DNA of 64,000 bases from Schmidtea polychroa (taxonomy: Eukaryota), in assembly GCA_044892525.1 (NCBI GenBank), contig CM097885.1, forward strand, positions 53,880,001 to 53,944,000. The letters run 5' to 3'. Below, piece after piece: positions 35,459 through 48,387 of this stretch. Numbering within the stretch: the stretch's first letter is position 1; the number at the start of each line of letters is the position of its first letter. The notes beneath the pieces are model-generated. The model saw only the letters and a list, made by a program, of their open reading frames with translations, had not been told where the DNA came from and did not search any database. The position numbers and the translations under genes are program-made.

Positions 35459-36085
35459 TCAACTTTGTTTATAAACCATGGCACCTTTTGGGTTGAAAAT
35501 ATCTGTTTTTACTCGTAAATCATCGGGACATTGTTGTGTGAAATCAAGAAATATATATCCATGAGGTATTTTTGTAGCATCTTGAAATGCACTGATAAAA
35601 AAATTACGATTGTTAGGGTATGCTTGACGTGCAAGAAAATCAATCACTGTTACATCTCTAGGATTCTTGAAAATAACTAAATATTGTACATTTAAATTAC
35701 GTGTTCGATGTGCACCACCTTGATGAAATAGATTTTGAGTTATAAAAATAACAGTTACACCAACGTGTCTACTGATTTTGGTAAATAAATTATTGAAATT
35801 CTTTTCTTTATTAGCTTCTTGATACAAGTCATCAATAATTATGACATCCCTCTTCTTTAGTCTACTGGACCAATTTTTATCAAATCCCTCTACTATTTTC
35901 ATATTTTTCAATTTACAGAAACTTGATTGAGTCAATCCGTGGTCTTGATCAGCACCTCGATGCCAATAAATTTTGTTAAATTTTGATTTAAATAAATGTG
36001 ATTTTAGTAATTTGCAAACAAACAAAGTTTTGCCGCTACCACTTGGTCCGACTATTTGATATACAGCATCATTTCTTAGTTCCAT
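35459..36085 (-). CDS. A32/FtsK-like genome-packaging ATPase
   Basis: Walker A GPSGSGKT, Walker B IIIDD, SRH..V.VIFITQNLF, FKNPRD, GYIFLD. Confidence 0.95.
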   Translation of the reverse strand: MELRNDAVYQIVGPSGSGKTLFVCKLLKSHLFKSKFNKIYWHRGADQDHGLTQSSFCKLKNMKIVEGFDKNWSSRLKKRDVIIIDDLYQEANKEKNFNNLFTKISRHVGVTVIFITQNLFHQGGAHRTRNLNVQYLVIFKNPRDVTVIDFLARQAYPNNRNFFISAFQDATKIPHGYIFLDFTQQCPDDLRVKTDIFNPKGAMVYKQS

Positions 36086-36154
36086 TTTTAATATTTATTT
36101 AATTAATTTTGTTTATATCGTAAAGAATAAATTGATTTAATTACTCTATAATAT

Positions 36155-36158
<4 letters not shown>

Positions 36159-36203
<45 letters not shown>
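36159..36203. repeat. (TA)n microsatellite in the divergent ATPase/TBP intergenic region
   Basis: Visible TA dinucleotide run. Confidence 0.9.
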
Positions 36204-36205
<2 letters not shown>

Positions 36206-36231
36206 TTGATTTTTATAAATATTCAGTAGAA

Positions 36232-36744
36232 ATGTTGACAAATATTAATTATAGAGGTCGTGTGTCTTTGGAAACTGTTGGTATGATGAATTTCCCCAAG
36301 TGTAAACCACAACAATATGTTGACAAAACTGGAAAATATACTATTATATTTTTCAAAAATGGTAAATGTCGTATAATGGGTTGTAAGAAGCCTATCGAAT
36401 TCAAGAATTTGCAATATAATATCAAAGATATTCAAGTTCAAAGTCTTACTATAGCTACCAAGGTTGAACAATCTATTAATTTGAATAATTTAGCAAAGTT
36501 ATTAGATGGAGATTGTATATATGAGCCTGAATTATTTCCCGCTCTGCGTTATACAAAATATAATCCACTATGTGTAAATATATTTTCGAGTGGTAAAATA
36601 GTTGTACTAGGTATTAAAAATTTAGATTTTCATACTATTGTTGAAGGAATTATAAACGATGTAAAGGATTTGATTGGATCTTTAACAATTTCTTCAAATA
36701 TAAGTAACGAGGATTTGCTTGAATATTTATTCAACAATGATTGA
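36232..36744 (+). CDS. TATA-box-binding protein-like (divergent core only)
   Basis: Two TBP-type repeats: TIIFFKNGKCRIMGCK and YEPELFPALRY...VNIFSSGKIVVLGIK. Confidence 0.88.
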   Translation: MLTNINYRGRVSLETVGMMNFPKCKPQQYVDKTGKYTIIFFKNGKCRIMGCKKPIEFKNLQYNIKDIQVQSLTIATKVEQSINLNNLAKLLDGDCIYEPELFPALRYTKYNPLCVNIFSSGKIVVLGIKNLDFHTIVEGIINDVKDLIGSLTISSNISNEDLLEYLFNND

Positions 36745-37105
36745 ACATGAAGGTAACTGTTTTTATTTTAAATTTACTGATTTTTGTTTAGAAACTATAC
36801 TAAAAATTTTGATTGATAAAATTGAAGATTTTTATTCGAATTTGAACAATTCCTTAATGTATTGTGCTCCAGAAGTTGTGTTTTACAAAATTTATGAAAT
36901 AACTGGAATAAATGTAATAGATTTAATTCATATGGATCATGCTACGATTACATGTTATACCGATGATGTTGAAAATTGTGATTTTTGTAAAAATAATATG
37001 CAGAATACTTGTGGGGATGATAGTTGTACATGTTTTGTAAATCTACAGAAACGAGAAATAATTCATGAATTACTTGTGGAATTGCGAAAAAATGTATTGT
37101 TGTAA
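36738..37105 (+). CDS. Hypothetical Cys-containing protein
   Basis: Open frame; its ATG at 36738 overlaps the end of the TBP-like ORF; CDFC...CGDDSCTC. Confidence 0.55.
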
Positions 37106-37307
37106 TAAAATATAATTATATTTGTTTTGTGATAACCTTAACTAACCTATAATATTTCTTTGTGTACAATAAATCATTTCAGACTTTGTTATTTAGCATA
37201 AAATGAACTAGTTGATCACGTTTTGATCATGCCTGTCACTTGAAACTTGTTTACAATAAAATTAGTATAAAATATCTGGTTCAAATTATTAAATTATATA
37301 ACTACAA

Positions 37308-37898
37308 ATGGATAATCAAATTACAGGTTTGTTGTCGTTTACACATATTTCATTTATTAGTTTTTTAATCTAGGAGTTTTGAAGAGAAAAATGCAGATGC
37401 CGCTCAGGAATTCGGAAAAAGGAAATTTAAAGAAGCGACATTATCCACGGAAACCTTGGTCAATGTTCGAGTGGATACAAAAAAGCCAGTCGAATTCATG
37501 CAATACAAACTAAATTATTTGTATTGTCCAATTTCCTATACATTTAAGGTAAGTTTCTATAAATTATTTTGGATTTTATTATTATTATTTATTGTTAGGA
37601 ACCAGTAACTCTGGAAAAATGTTTCCACAATGTGAGACTTTCCAAAATCAAGTTTCACGACAAGATGCTATTGGGACAATTATTTCAGAGGATCAATGAA
37701 AATATTGAATTTGATGATGAAGATATGTTCATTAGAAACGATTTGGATATGATTTCCAATGGTGGTAAGATGAGCAAAATAACCTGCATGGTTACCATAT
37801 TAATTCAAGGGTATAATGTAAGCAGAGACCGAATCAAACCAATTTGGAAAATTATAAAAGCCGAAGATAAGTTTGAAAAGGAACATTGTTCATGTTAA
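37308..37898 (+). CDS. Three-exon hypothetical protein (probable 1-nt frameshift near 37390)
   Basis: TATAAAA at ~37266; GT-AG introns 37327-37373 and 37549-37598; spliced ...YCPISYTFK/EPVTLEKCFHNVRLSK... joins ORF 37632..37898 in frame. Confidence 0.5.
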
Positions 37899-37970
37899 AT
37901 TTATTTAATACATCTTTATTAGTGTTTTGGTGTTTTTAAATCATTGAAAATAACTAAAGTTTTAAATTTA

Positions 37971-38353
37971 TTAATCTTCAATACAATCTCTTTTCATTAT
38001 ATTTTCAACAATATGATCAATACAATTAGTAGAAACAATAGATTCATCTTCTTGTTTAGATTCATTTGGTAATTTATTTGTTGTAGAATTCTCAATACAT
38101 GACTTAAGTTCTTCACTAGGCAAATCAGTATATTCATCTTCTTGCTGGGAAATATTTTCAGATTCATATGACATATCATTTTCATTAATTTCATCGTCTG
38201 AATACGGCCATTTTATTTCTCTGAAACATTCATAAATTCTCTAATTTTTACATTAGATATTTCCTCTAATTTTTCAATCAAAAAGTTGATTATATATGCT
38301 AAATAAAAAAAAATTAATAAACATAAAATTCATATTTTACCTTTTTCCGACAT
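37971..38353 (-). CDS. Hypothetical acidic protein, probably spliced and frameshifted
   Basis: ATGTCGGAAAAAG/GT...AG followed by an acidic frame (WPYSDDEINENDMSYESEN). Confidence 0.3.
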
Positions 38354-38934
38354 GGTTGAAAATAATTAAAATGAAAAAATAATTATGTTTATACTATTAT
38401 TCAAAAGCAACAAGATGATCGATAGATAGATTATAAGAAAAATTAGATATTTCAACACGATACATATAATAAAAAGACAAGCAAGCTTGCAATGATATTT
38501 AACGTTTCAGTTTTTACATTTTTTAAAATATTTATTTCAATTATTTCGACAACACAAAAAGTGCCAATTTTTTACTAATTAATTTTCAGCCTAACCCACA
38601 ACTTTTCACAAAAATCCAAAAAAAAAAACAGAAATAGTCGAATAGAAATGTAAGAAAATTGGAATCAGAGTTAAAAAGGAATTGTATAAAGAATAGTTCA
38701 TAACCTAAAGCCCATTGTCGGCTTAATTCAATAATTTCTTTTTTATTTTTTGTGAATTTATTTTATTAATTTTAATTTCAATAATTTTTATTTGCTGTAA
38801 AATTGAAATGTTTACATTACATGTGCAAATAGACTTTAAATTGTGATTAGTTAAAATATTACGTCAGAGATTATCTAACACCACAATCAAGTCCATTTGA
38901 TATATAAGAAATATTTTACCAACGAAATTTAAAA

Positions 38935-39447
38935 ATGACCGATTCGGAACGATCAAAAACCTCGGTGGAAATGAAAAATGAATCAGAAAGAATAATAATC
39001 ATTCCGATCGACAAAAGTGAAGTCAGCCGATGAGCATTGGACTAGTATTCAAACAATATGATGAGAAAATATGATGTCGTTCATTTGATTCACATAGTTG
39101 AGCCCATATATAACACGATTGCTGTAGGAATCGGAATGGAGGCTGCCTGGCTGCCGATGGAAGATTTGGATGTGAAAATTCAAAAGCAAATTGACAAAGG
39201 CAAAGCGTTAGTGATAGATTATATACATAAATTAACTGAAAAAGGTTGGAAATGCAAAGGCTTCATCCGGGTGGATTCAAGAATTGGAGAATGCATAATC
39301 TCTGTCTGTCACGACCATCGGGCTGATGTCATACTAATGGCAAATCGAGAAGGTTTATTAAGGCGAACATTTCTGGGCAGTGTAAGTGATTACGTTCTTC
39401 ATCATGCCGATAAGCCAGTCATTATTGTGCCACCTTTGCATCATTAG
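38935..39447 (+). pseudogene. Universal stress protein (UspA family) with two premature stops
   Basis: RIIIIPIDKSEVSR*ALD*YSNNM...VHLIHIVE...IGECI...ADVILMANREG..RRTFLGSVSDYVLHHADKPVIIVP; TGA at 39031 and TAG at 39043. Confidence 0.9.
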
Positions 39448-39964
39448 CAATTTTTCACTTTTTGGATCTTTTGATTATTATTCAAATAAAATTATGAGAA
39501 ATTATATTTTATCTTTAATTTATTGATATTTGACAAAAATTCTTTTAAAATAATGAATTTATTTGTATGAGAATAAAATATTTTATTTTTAGAGCATTTT
39601 AAAAAAAAAATTTTTAAAAATAAGAACCCGTTTACAGTTGGCCACCAAAATTTAAATAGATGTCCATCGATGGCCAAGATTGTAGGTAGTCATCAATGAC
39701 CCTCGCCATATCAGATCTGCAATCGTGTTAAAGTGAAAAGATGGGAATAAAAATACAGAAAATAATTATTTTCTATTTTATCGTTTTGAATAATGCATTT
39801 TTATTTCGGTTTGTTTTAATTTTCCTAAGTTGGTATTTACAAAATAATTACTTTCCACATTTTTCTACCGCAGACAAATTAGAGCTTAGATGTAGAAATT
39901 CATTTAACCTTGTTTTATGAAATTTAACCTTCATTCTCAACTTTTATTTCAAATATTTTTTTTT

Positions 39965-40185
39965 TGTTGAATTGTTTTGTATAGTGAACGGAAATACAGG
40001 TAATAATATCATGTGTTGAATTGTTTTGTATAGTGAACGGAAATACAGGTAATAATATCATGTGTATAGTGAACGGAAATACAGGTAATAATATCATGTG
40101 TATAGTGAACGGAAATACAGGTAATAATATCATGTGTTGAATTGTTTTGAATAGTGAACGGAAATACAGGTAATAATATCATGTT
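39965..40185. repeat. Subterminal tandem repeat (33/49-bp units, 5 copies)
   Basis: atagtgaacggaaatacaggtaataatatcatg repeated five times next to the right TIR. Confidence 0.92.
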
Positions 40186-40187
40186 TT

Positions 40188-40534
40188 AAACTATGTTTCA
40201 AATAATAACAATATTCAAACTAAACCAAATTTACAAACTACCGCGCCAGCCCCTTCGGGCGGGCGGCGGGCGAACGGCGGTTGTGTATGTCGATGATTTT
40301 AATTTTTATTAAATGCATTTGTTTGATTTCAGAATTCGATTTGTGTGACTAACCTTGTTAAATTTGAGTTGATGTATTCGAGGGGTAAAAAAAATTGACC
40401 TTGACCTTAAAAAAAAATTGACCTTGACCTTAAAAAATTTGACCTTGACCTTTAAAAAAATGACCTTGACCTTAAAATTTGACCTTGACCTGTCCTGGAT
40501 GTGACATGTCCTGGAGGTGACACATCTTACTACT
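40188..40534 (-). repeat. Polinton right TIR
   Basis: Inverted match to 22567-22894, with a small indel in the TGACCT array. Confidence 0.93.
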
Positions 40535-41481
40535 GGAGTCCAATCGACATTTGTTCTATTCCGGAAACATCCGATGACTCGTCGGCGAGAATAGAGAAAA
40601 ATTCAGACTTTATAACTTTCTGAAGAAGCTTCGTCAAAGCAATCTCATTAATTATAACGATTATTTCCTTCTGCATTGTGCTACTTAAGTATGTAGCATT
40701 TTTTGGCGAACTTTCTAATGCATTCCGGAAAAAATCGTCCCTCGAAGCAAGAAGTCTAATCAGATTTCTGAAGTTTCCGTCGTTGATGCCCTGTTGGTCG
40801 TTAAATATCCCGCCAGAATCTCTATGCCCTCGGAACGGCAATGACTGTCGAGCGAGATAATTGATGTTGTCAAAAATTCCTTCCAAAAGAATCAAATTTT
40901 GCTTTCTTTCAACTTCTTTCTGCCTCGTCAACAGTCGTTCAATGGTTATTTCGGGGATTTTGTTGACTACATAGAGTTTTTGTTGTTTCAATTGATCGTA
41001 AATGGTATGGCGCTTTTGCACGAGCAGTGAAAGTTTCACGGCACTTTTGGTAATTCTTGAAAGGTGTTCGGACAAGCAGTGATCCAACTTGATCCCCGAT
41101 CGCAAAGAAAAAGCAAAATTTGCAATAAAGTCCATCTCCTGCAACCGAGTAAATCAGCCAATCAAACTCACTCAGCCAGTGATAACTTAATTTCCGCTTT
41201 GTTGCCCCTTTCATTGCTGCCGGGAAACTGAAGTGTGGTGGAGTATTTTTAAGCTTGCCCAAAGCATCAATTTTTTCAGAGTCATTTAATTGTGAGCGCC
41301 GATATGACTCTATATCAGCTTCTTGGCTTTGAAAGGCGCTACGTTCCTCCTTTTGTTCAGACCCCCCTCCTTTTTCGGCCACCGGTAACTCGAAGTTTTG
41401 ATCGGAATCGTTTTCCTCCGTATCAACTTTTGATGTCTTAGCAAAAAATTTGGAAAGCGAACTCTGATGATGTTTTTTCAT
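40535..41481 (-). pseudogene. hAT transposase, N-terminal half (TTF-type zinc finger, DUF4371-like)
   Basis: WLIYS...YCKFC, LPFRGH, GNFRNL, FSILADESSDVSGIEQMSIGL; continues as RFID after Polinton removal. Confidence 0.92.
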
Positions 41482-43739
41482 GGCTGTAAATCGATTAAAA
41501 ATTAAAATTCAATACAAGTATAGACATAAAATATAGTTGCTATTTACTGCAACTTTACGAAATATGAAACTAATTTTATCGAGCACTAACTATAATATTG
41601 TTTATTTACACTGTATCGTCCCTTGAAAAATTTATTGGGTCATTCCATTAGAACAATCTTCGATATTCAAAAAATAGAAGCTTCTTGGCTCAATTAAATG
41701 TCTCATGAGACAATTATTCGGACAAAAAAAACCTAGCATTTCAATTATTTCGTCTGGAAGAAAGGGTGCAAATGCACCCTTGCACCCCCCCTGGCTACGC
41801 GCCTGATTTGAAACCATAGATGTGTTTTCCCGCTATATTTATTGACAGCTATTAATAAACTTTGAGTTTTACATCACTTTTAGTTTCCTTTGCCTTATAG
41901 AGGGTTAAATTATTGAGAATGATATTAGATAAAATTAAAAAGTATTTATACTATTTCCTCAAACACACCATATGTTCAACCTCTCGGCTACCCAGTCTAT
42001 CTGTGGGTGATTCATCTGTACAACCACTGGGAAACATCTGTTTGTTTGTTATCTATGGATGATTTCTCTGTTCATCCACTGGGACAAACCCGGTTGCTAT
42101 CTCTGGTTGCTACCTCTGATCAAACATGTTACATAATCGATTATGTAGAATTTATAAAGTTTTTATTTTCTTCGGATTATATATTAATTATATATATTTT
42201 ATTTAGAAAACGTATTAGTAAAAGGAAGAAGTTATTATTGGTTCGTCACGGAAAATGAACATCAGAGAGAATTGGTAAATTTATTATATTATTATTATTA
42301 ATTCGAATATTATTAAATATTCGAAGATGGTTGGTTTTAGTAAATAAATTTTTAATAAAAATTGTTGTTTTATTTTATTGTAAATTTATTAATTTATTAT
42401 TATTATTTATTGTCAGTTATTTATCAGTGTGTATAACGGGATTTTAGATGTAATTTCAACATTGTAAGTGTCTTTTGTATACGCCACTGGTTTCGATTGT
42501 AAGAATGTCACTTTAAATTTTATTTCATTTTTTCACAATCTGTAGCTATCTAAATCATTAAATATCATTGTGTTAATTTTCCAAAATTCCAATGCCTTGA
42601 AGACGCTCCTTAAGATATTTACATCAAGTTTGAGTGATTTATTGGATTCATTTGGATATTTTTATTATTATAAAAAGGTTTTACCAATATATTGAAAATT
42701 TAAAGCTTTTTACATTTAATTGATTATTCATTTATAAGTTAATTTATACATAATTAACATTTGATTAGTAATTTCCTACTCTATGATAACTAAATTTTCT
42801 ACGAAATCAGCCAGTTTCATGTCATCTTGATTATCTTTGATATTGTCACTTGAATTATTAACACTTTTGTTAATGGTGATACTGTTTTGACTTTGTGGAC
42901 TTGAGCAAATATCTCTAATATAATCCCAAACTGGAGTTTCAGGACTATTACACTCTAAAACTGAATTAATTTAAAACATAATTGTACAATTTATACGGTT
43001 TTTATTTTTTGATGCATGGTTTTCAGGGATAATTTGGGAGTAGCCAGTTGTCATACGTAAATCGAAATGCATTTTTAAGTCAAATGTTAAGATAAATTAT
43101 GACTAAAATAAAGTCGACAATTTTAATTATGAATAACAAAATACGCAGGAAGGTATATTTTTTAATCTAATATTTAGGGAATATTTAACAATCAAATAAA
43201 AGATGTAAATTAAAAATTTCTTATTTCAAATGGTATTGAGATTGTACTTTATTTAAACAATATAAAATTATTTTAATTTAAACAGTTCAATTAAAATATT
43301 TCCAATTTTTGATTTAATAAAATTATTTTAGTACACTCCGTCAAATTCTTCAATTAAAAATTACGGTACCTCAACAAGCAATTCAATGATTCAAAATTAT
43401 GAATCTTCATATCCGTCGAAGTATAATTCAAGACCAACGTCAGAACAAACATCTAAAAATAGCTACGAATTAGTGGAAAATACAAACGAATATAATTTTG
43501 AATATAAACCAATTAGAAGATTGTATTTAATAAAATTAAATGTGGATTTTGGAAATTTCGTAATATTTATTTAATTCTACGATTTATTGTTGATTTAATT
43601 TTTGATTTAATTATTTCTAGTACACTCCCGTCAAATTCGTAGATATTTAAGTAGATATTTGTTATCATATCTGTGATATCATTTAGAATGTCTGCTAAAC
43701 TTTGATGGAAAATGTGTACATGTTGTAATTCATTTAAGG

Positions 43740-44302
43740 AAAGTTGACATCTCGGTTTAATCATTATTGGCTCTCCTTTTGTGATGATCTTATATTTAAT
43801 CAGATTGGTACACCCAATATCCCATTTATTTGTCATGAAAACGTTCTTGTTCGCAAGAAATATTTCTAACAGTCTTTTATTTCTGGTAACCTTTTAAACG
43901 TCGATGGCATGACCTAATCTTTCTTCATCTGTCATAATCCTCCCAAATCTAGCATCTATTTTGCAAATAAAATCCATACGTTTTCCATTTTCTTCTCGTA
44001 TACATTTCATTTCTATACCAAATAACCTTTGTAGTTTTAATCCTCCGATAATTTACGGTATGATATTTCTTACTATAATGAATGTTACATTTCTTTCACT
44101 ATCGACCATTTTAACATTGATTGTTATTTTACCCATAGTTTCCAAACTACTTTTGTTTGCACATCTTACCGATTCACTTGTTTCTATTATCTCGATATTT
44201 TCTAATCGATCAATTACTGATTTAGCCATCACATTAATTCCCCCTCATGTATCCAATAAACAATCTACTTTCAGTAGGCATATATTAGCCCACGTCCGCA
44301 TT
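43740..44302 (-). pseudogene. Gypsy protease / pre-RT relic
   Basis: VDCLLDT*GGINV and NKWDIGCTNLIKYKIITKGEPIMIKPR. Confidence 0.7.
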
Positions 44303-44780
44303 TTGGTACCCCCCCCCATTTACTACTCAATAATTAGTCAAAAGTTAACGAATATTTTCATTAAATATTTGCTTTTATTTTATTATTTTTATTTAATTAA
44401 TTAATTATTTCTTTATTTATTTTTTTATTTTGTTATTTAATTTAATTAATTTAATTTATATTAGTTTAAATTTAAATTATTATTTCTAATCTGTAATTTT
44501 TTTTACTCTTTTTTTACTAATTTACGCAAAATTATATATGAGCTTACGAAAGCAATTTGGTACCCCTCTTACTACTCAATAATTAATCAAAAGTTAAATA
44601 ATATTTTCATTAATTTATTCCTTATATTTTATTATTTTTTTTTAATTAATTAATTATTATAATTTTATTTCTTTATTTATTTATTTATTTATTTTATATT
44701 TAATTTAATTTATTTTATTTTAAATTTAAATTATTAATTCTTATCTGTAATTCTTATTGCACTTTTTTGCTAATTTATGA
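44303..44780. repeat. Two diverged ~250-bp tandem copies
   Basis: ttggtacccc...ttactactcaataatta.tcaaaagttaa at ~44303 and ~44557. Confidence 0.75.
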
Positions 44781-44899
44781 AAACTGTGTCAAAAATGTTC
44801 AAAATATAAAAATATATTAGTCAAACTTATTATACATTTAATTCATAAGAAAACCAATAAAAACAAATTTTTTAATTAAGATTTATTTAAATAACATCT

Positions 44900-45720
44900 G
44901 GTATATCTTCCGCTGTTTCCTTGAATTGTGTGAATGATGGATCCGGATCGAATTATTGAACAACAAATAAGGCACCTCCCATATAATGCCCATATGCATA
45001 ACTTTTATTTTTCCCCACCCAAACTCTTTTATCATCTGAGTTGGTAAGTGCAGTTTTTTCACTTTTTGCTAGTTATTTTAGTTTGTGGTATAGAAGAAAT
45101 TTGATTAGTGTTATAAAAATCCAGGTATGACTGATGTTTTATGTCACTACTAAGGTTACTCCTTTAGCTTTTTTTGTATCGTCATCACCTAACAAACTAT
45201 AACACATTGGCCCAAGAACAACCCACTTCTTATATTTAAGACCTTTATTCTCATCTTTGAACTTTCTAATGACAGAATCAAGGTTCCTACTGTATAATAG
45301 ATGACTAGAGTCGTAATTAGATGTGTCTTGTAAATTATCTCGGATCATGGCTGGTAAAAAACATCAAGCTTATAATATCATCTGCAACGATAATAATTTT
45401 ACAGTTGAATTCGTTACGATATTTTTTTTGACTCCTTATACTGCAGTTGATACATTCTAAGTTTCGATAACTCCAGTACAGTTTGGCCAATGTAACTGGG
45501 TCTATCTAAACAACTAGCTTCCTTATTTAGCAAGACATTGTCAATTTCATAAGTCATTTTAAACTTTGGTTTAGATGTATATGTAATTAGCCTAGAAGCC
45601 AAATTACATAGCCGCAAATTCAGGCGATTTTTCAGATTCTCTATGGTTTTGCCGTAGAGACTATTATTTAATAACTTATAATAATTTTTATCCGAAGCAT
45701 TACTCGATTCTGCCCTAAGG
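44900..45720 (-). pseudogene. C-terminal relic of a second, related Polinton pPolB
   Basis: KLLNNSLYGKTIENL, LDRPSYIGQTVLELSKLRMYQLQY, DTSNYDSSHLLYSR; parallels 23894-24800 but decayed. Confidence 0.88.
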
Positions 45721-47229
45721 AGGAGTCACAATCTTAGACCAATATTTAAATATCAAGTTCTTAACGGAAGGTAAACTATACAAAGTTGTACCTAGTCGGT
45801 ATTTTTCACATAATGCGAGAGCACGTTGCGAGAGCTGATGCCGATCCTCCTTTGTATTTCATATCTTTACGACATGTAGGTCATTTAGCTGTCTCTGTGG
45901 TAATGTCATTGTCGAAATAGCTCCAAACGCTGGATTTTTTCGAATTGATTTTTGATGGTTGCTAAAATATTTTATAAATATATTAATTTCAACTATACAC
46001 ATATATATATATAATATATTGATATTTTGATTTAAGTTTATATTAATAACAAATAACATTTTTTTATAAAATTGGTATAAATGAATTTTTAATTTTACAA
46101 AACACTTATAACAATGCAATACACGTAATATTAATTACCTGAAATACATGTTGATTGCGATTATGGACACGGGTTGCCAAATCACTTTAATTTCATTCAT
46201 GTCAGCAAAACACAACATTCAAACGCAACGTGAAATTAACGACTGATTTTTGTAGTTTATATATGTTTGCGTCGTCGTAGAAAAATATAACATTAGATGA
46301 CCCTTTCCCAAAAAAAAGTACCTGAACGAATATTTCTGCGGAACTGAAGACATATTTTGTGTTTCTTAGAAACGGAGCCACAGCATAGAAGTGTTTCTTA
46401 GAAACGGCACTTTTGTTGACGCTGTTTCTATTTTGAATGTAATTCTCGAGTTGAGCGCTTAATTTATAACTGTTTGAATAAAAACTGAATATTCTTTATA
46501 TTTAATTAAATAATTGAAAAAACCGGTTAACCGTGTAAAATAACCCGGTTTACGGTTTGTTTAAAACCTCCGATTAACAGGCTAACCGGTTTAGATGCTC
46601 TAGTCCCAACTTACGGAACAGTACCGTTAATGGATTATCTAAACTGTGTGGTAAATAACGTCTTGAAGTTGACAAATCTTTCAATAATATATGTTGGTTT
46701 TCGTTGACTACGTTTCAAATTTGAATTTTATTTAATATTATCCTAATTTAAATTTATTTTTGCAAATTTTTGTTGTGGTGCCCTTTAGAATAATTAAATA
46801 ATAAAATTATTATTAATATGACTAAATAATTCGGAGAAACAAATGAGTATGATAATAAAAATTGGAAAAAAATAACAAAATCAATTTGTGAGGTGTTTCA
46901 GTTGAGAATTAAACATTACAATGATTTATTAAGATATTTTTTAAATAAATAAGTTTTTTTAAAAGTTCTATTAGTAAATAATTTTTAAATAAATATATTT
47001 TAAATATCGAAATTTTAATAAATAGTTTTGAAAATATTTTATTCAAAGCTGAAAATTTGTTTGAAAATTATACAAATATTTCATTAAATAAATACTTGGA
47101 ATTATGACGTTTTCTTATGAACCTGATTTAACAAATAATTTAGAAGATGTTCTAACAGCTTCTAATACCATTAATTAAGTAATAAATAAACAGAATGGAT
47201 ATGGTTAATTAATAAGTGCAAATTGAAAA

Positions 47230-47900
47230 TTGAAGTTAAAATCTATCACGCTAATTGTTTTATTTAGACAGATTGTCCGACGACTAACTATAGAATTATG
47301 ATCAATGTCATAACAAAAATTTGTAAGTTTAAACTCAATATCATTTTAATTACAATTGTAGACGTCATCCTGCCAGTCGCATATATTTAATTTGGTCGCT
47401 ATTTAACAAAAAAAAAATATTCAATGGTTATTTTTCAAAAAATTGTAAAAAAATTAATAAGAATGGTATTAAGTTATATGAAAGGTATTAGTGTAATGAG
47501 GGCATAAACAAAATATGCACGGACAATAAATGCGCAAATAAATCGATATCGAATGGTGAATTAAGTATTTATAGTTAAGTTCTAGAAAGATATATGGACT
47601 GGCTGGAGATATTTCCTTTTTTTCTGTGCCTTTGTTGATTGAAGTTAAAAACTAAAACACTAATTGTTTTTATTTAGACAGATTGTCTGAGATAATGTAA
47701 TGGACGACTAACTATAGAATTATGATCAATGTCATAATAAAATTTTGTAAGTTTAAAACAATATAATTTTAATTGCAATTGTAGACGTCATCATATATTC
47801 AATTTGGTTGCTATTTAAAACATGAATTATTCAAAAAATATTTTTCAAAATAAATTGATATAGAATAGTGAAATAAGTATTTATAGTTAGATTCTAGAAA
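47230..47900. repeat. Diverged direct duplication (~300 bp, two copies)
   Basis: ctaattgtttt..tatttagacagattgtc...gacgactaactatagaattatgatcaatgtcataa at ~47250 and ~47660. Confidence 0.8.
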
Positions 47901-48387
47901 AAGTATATAATTATTAATAAAGAATTTCTTTTTTAATCTGCGCATTTATTGTGGTAAACATATAATAATAAGTGATTCCCTTTATCTGAATTTCAGACTA
48001 TAGACCAATATTATGATTTTCTCACGAGTCGGAGGGCTTGTCAAAAAAATCGTAAGATTCGAGGATTCCTATAGGATTTGGAGTGCACATATTTATCTAC
48101 TATCACAATTACAAAGATTCTTCTTATTTTCTTTAAAACAAGTAATGCATTAATTTTTTATCTTCTCGCTAAAAGTTCCATTGCTAACTTCTTCTTCAAA
48201 AAGATTCTTTTTAAATGTCTGCTCATGTATTATCATACATGAACCCATTTGCAATCTCTCAAAACCTTTTACAAATTTCTAAAAGAGAGATCTATTTTAT
48301 GACAAATAGTAATTTTATCTACTGGTAGAATATTATAGTTTTTTCAAAATATTCTGGTGTAATCAAATCAGTAAGTAGTTAGTTGAC

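Noticed and set aside
39965..40185. CRISPR-like array
   Set aside because: No unique spacers and a eukaryotic context; it is a simple tandem repeat.
46520..46602. AACCGG-rich hAT-like end; similar single ends at ~51129 and ~51750
   Set aside because: No partner TIR or TSD found, so no element could be delimited.
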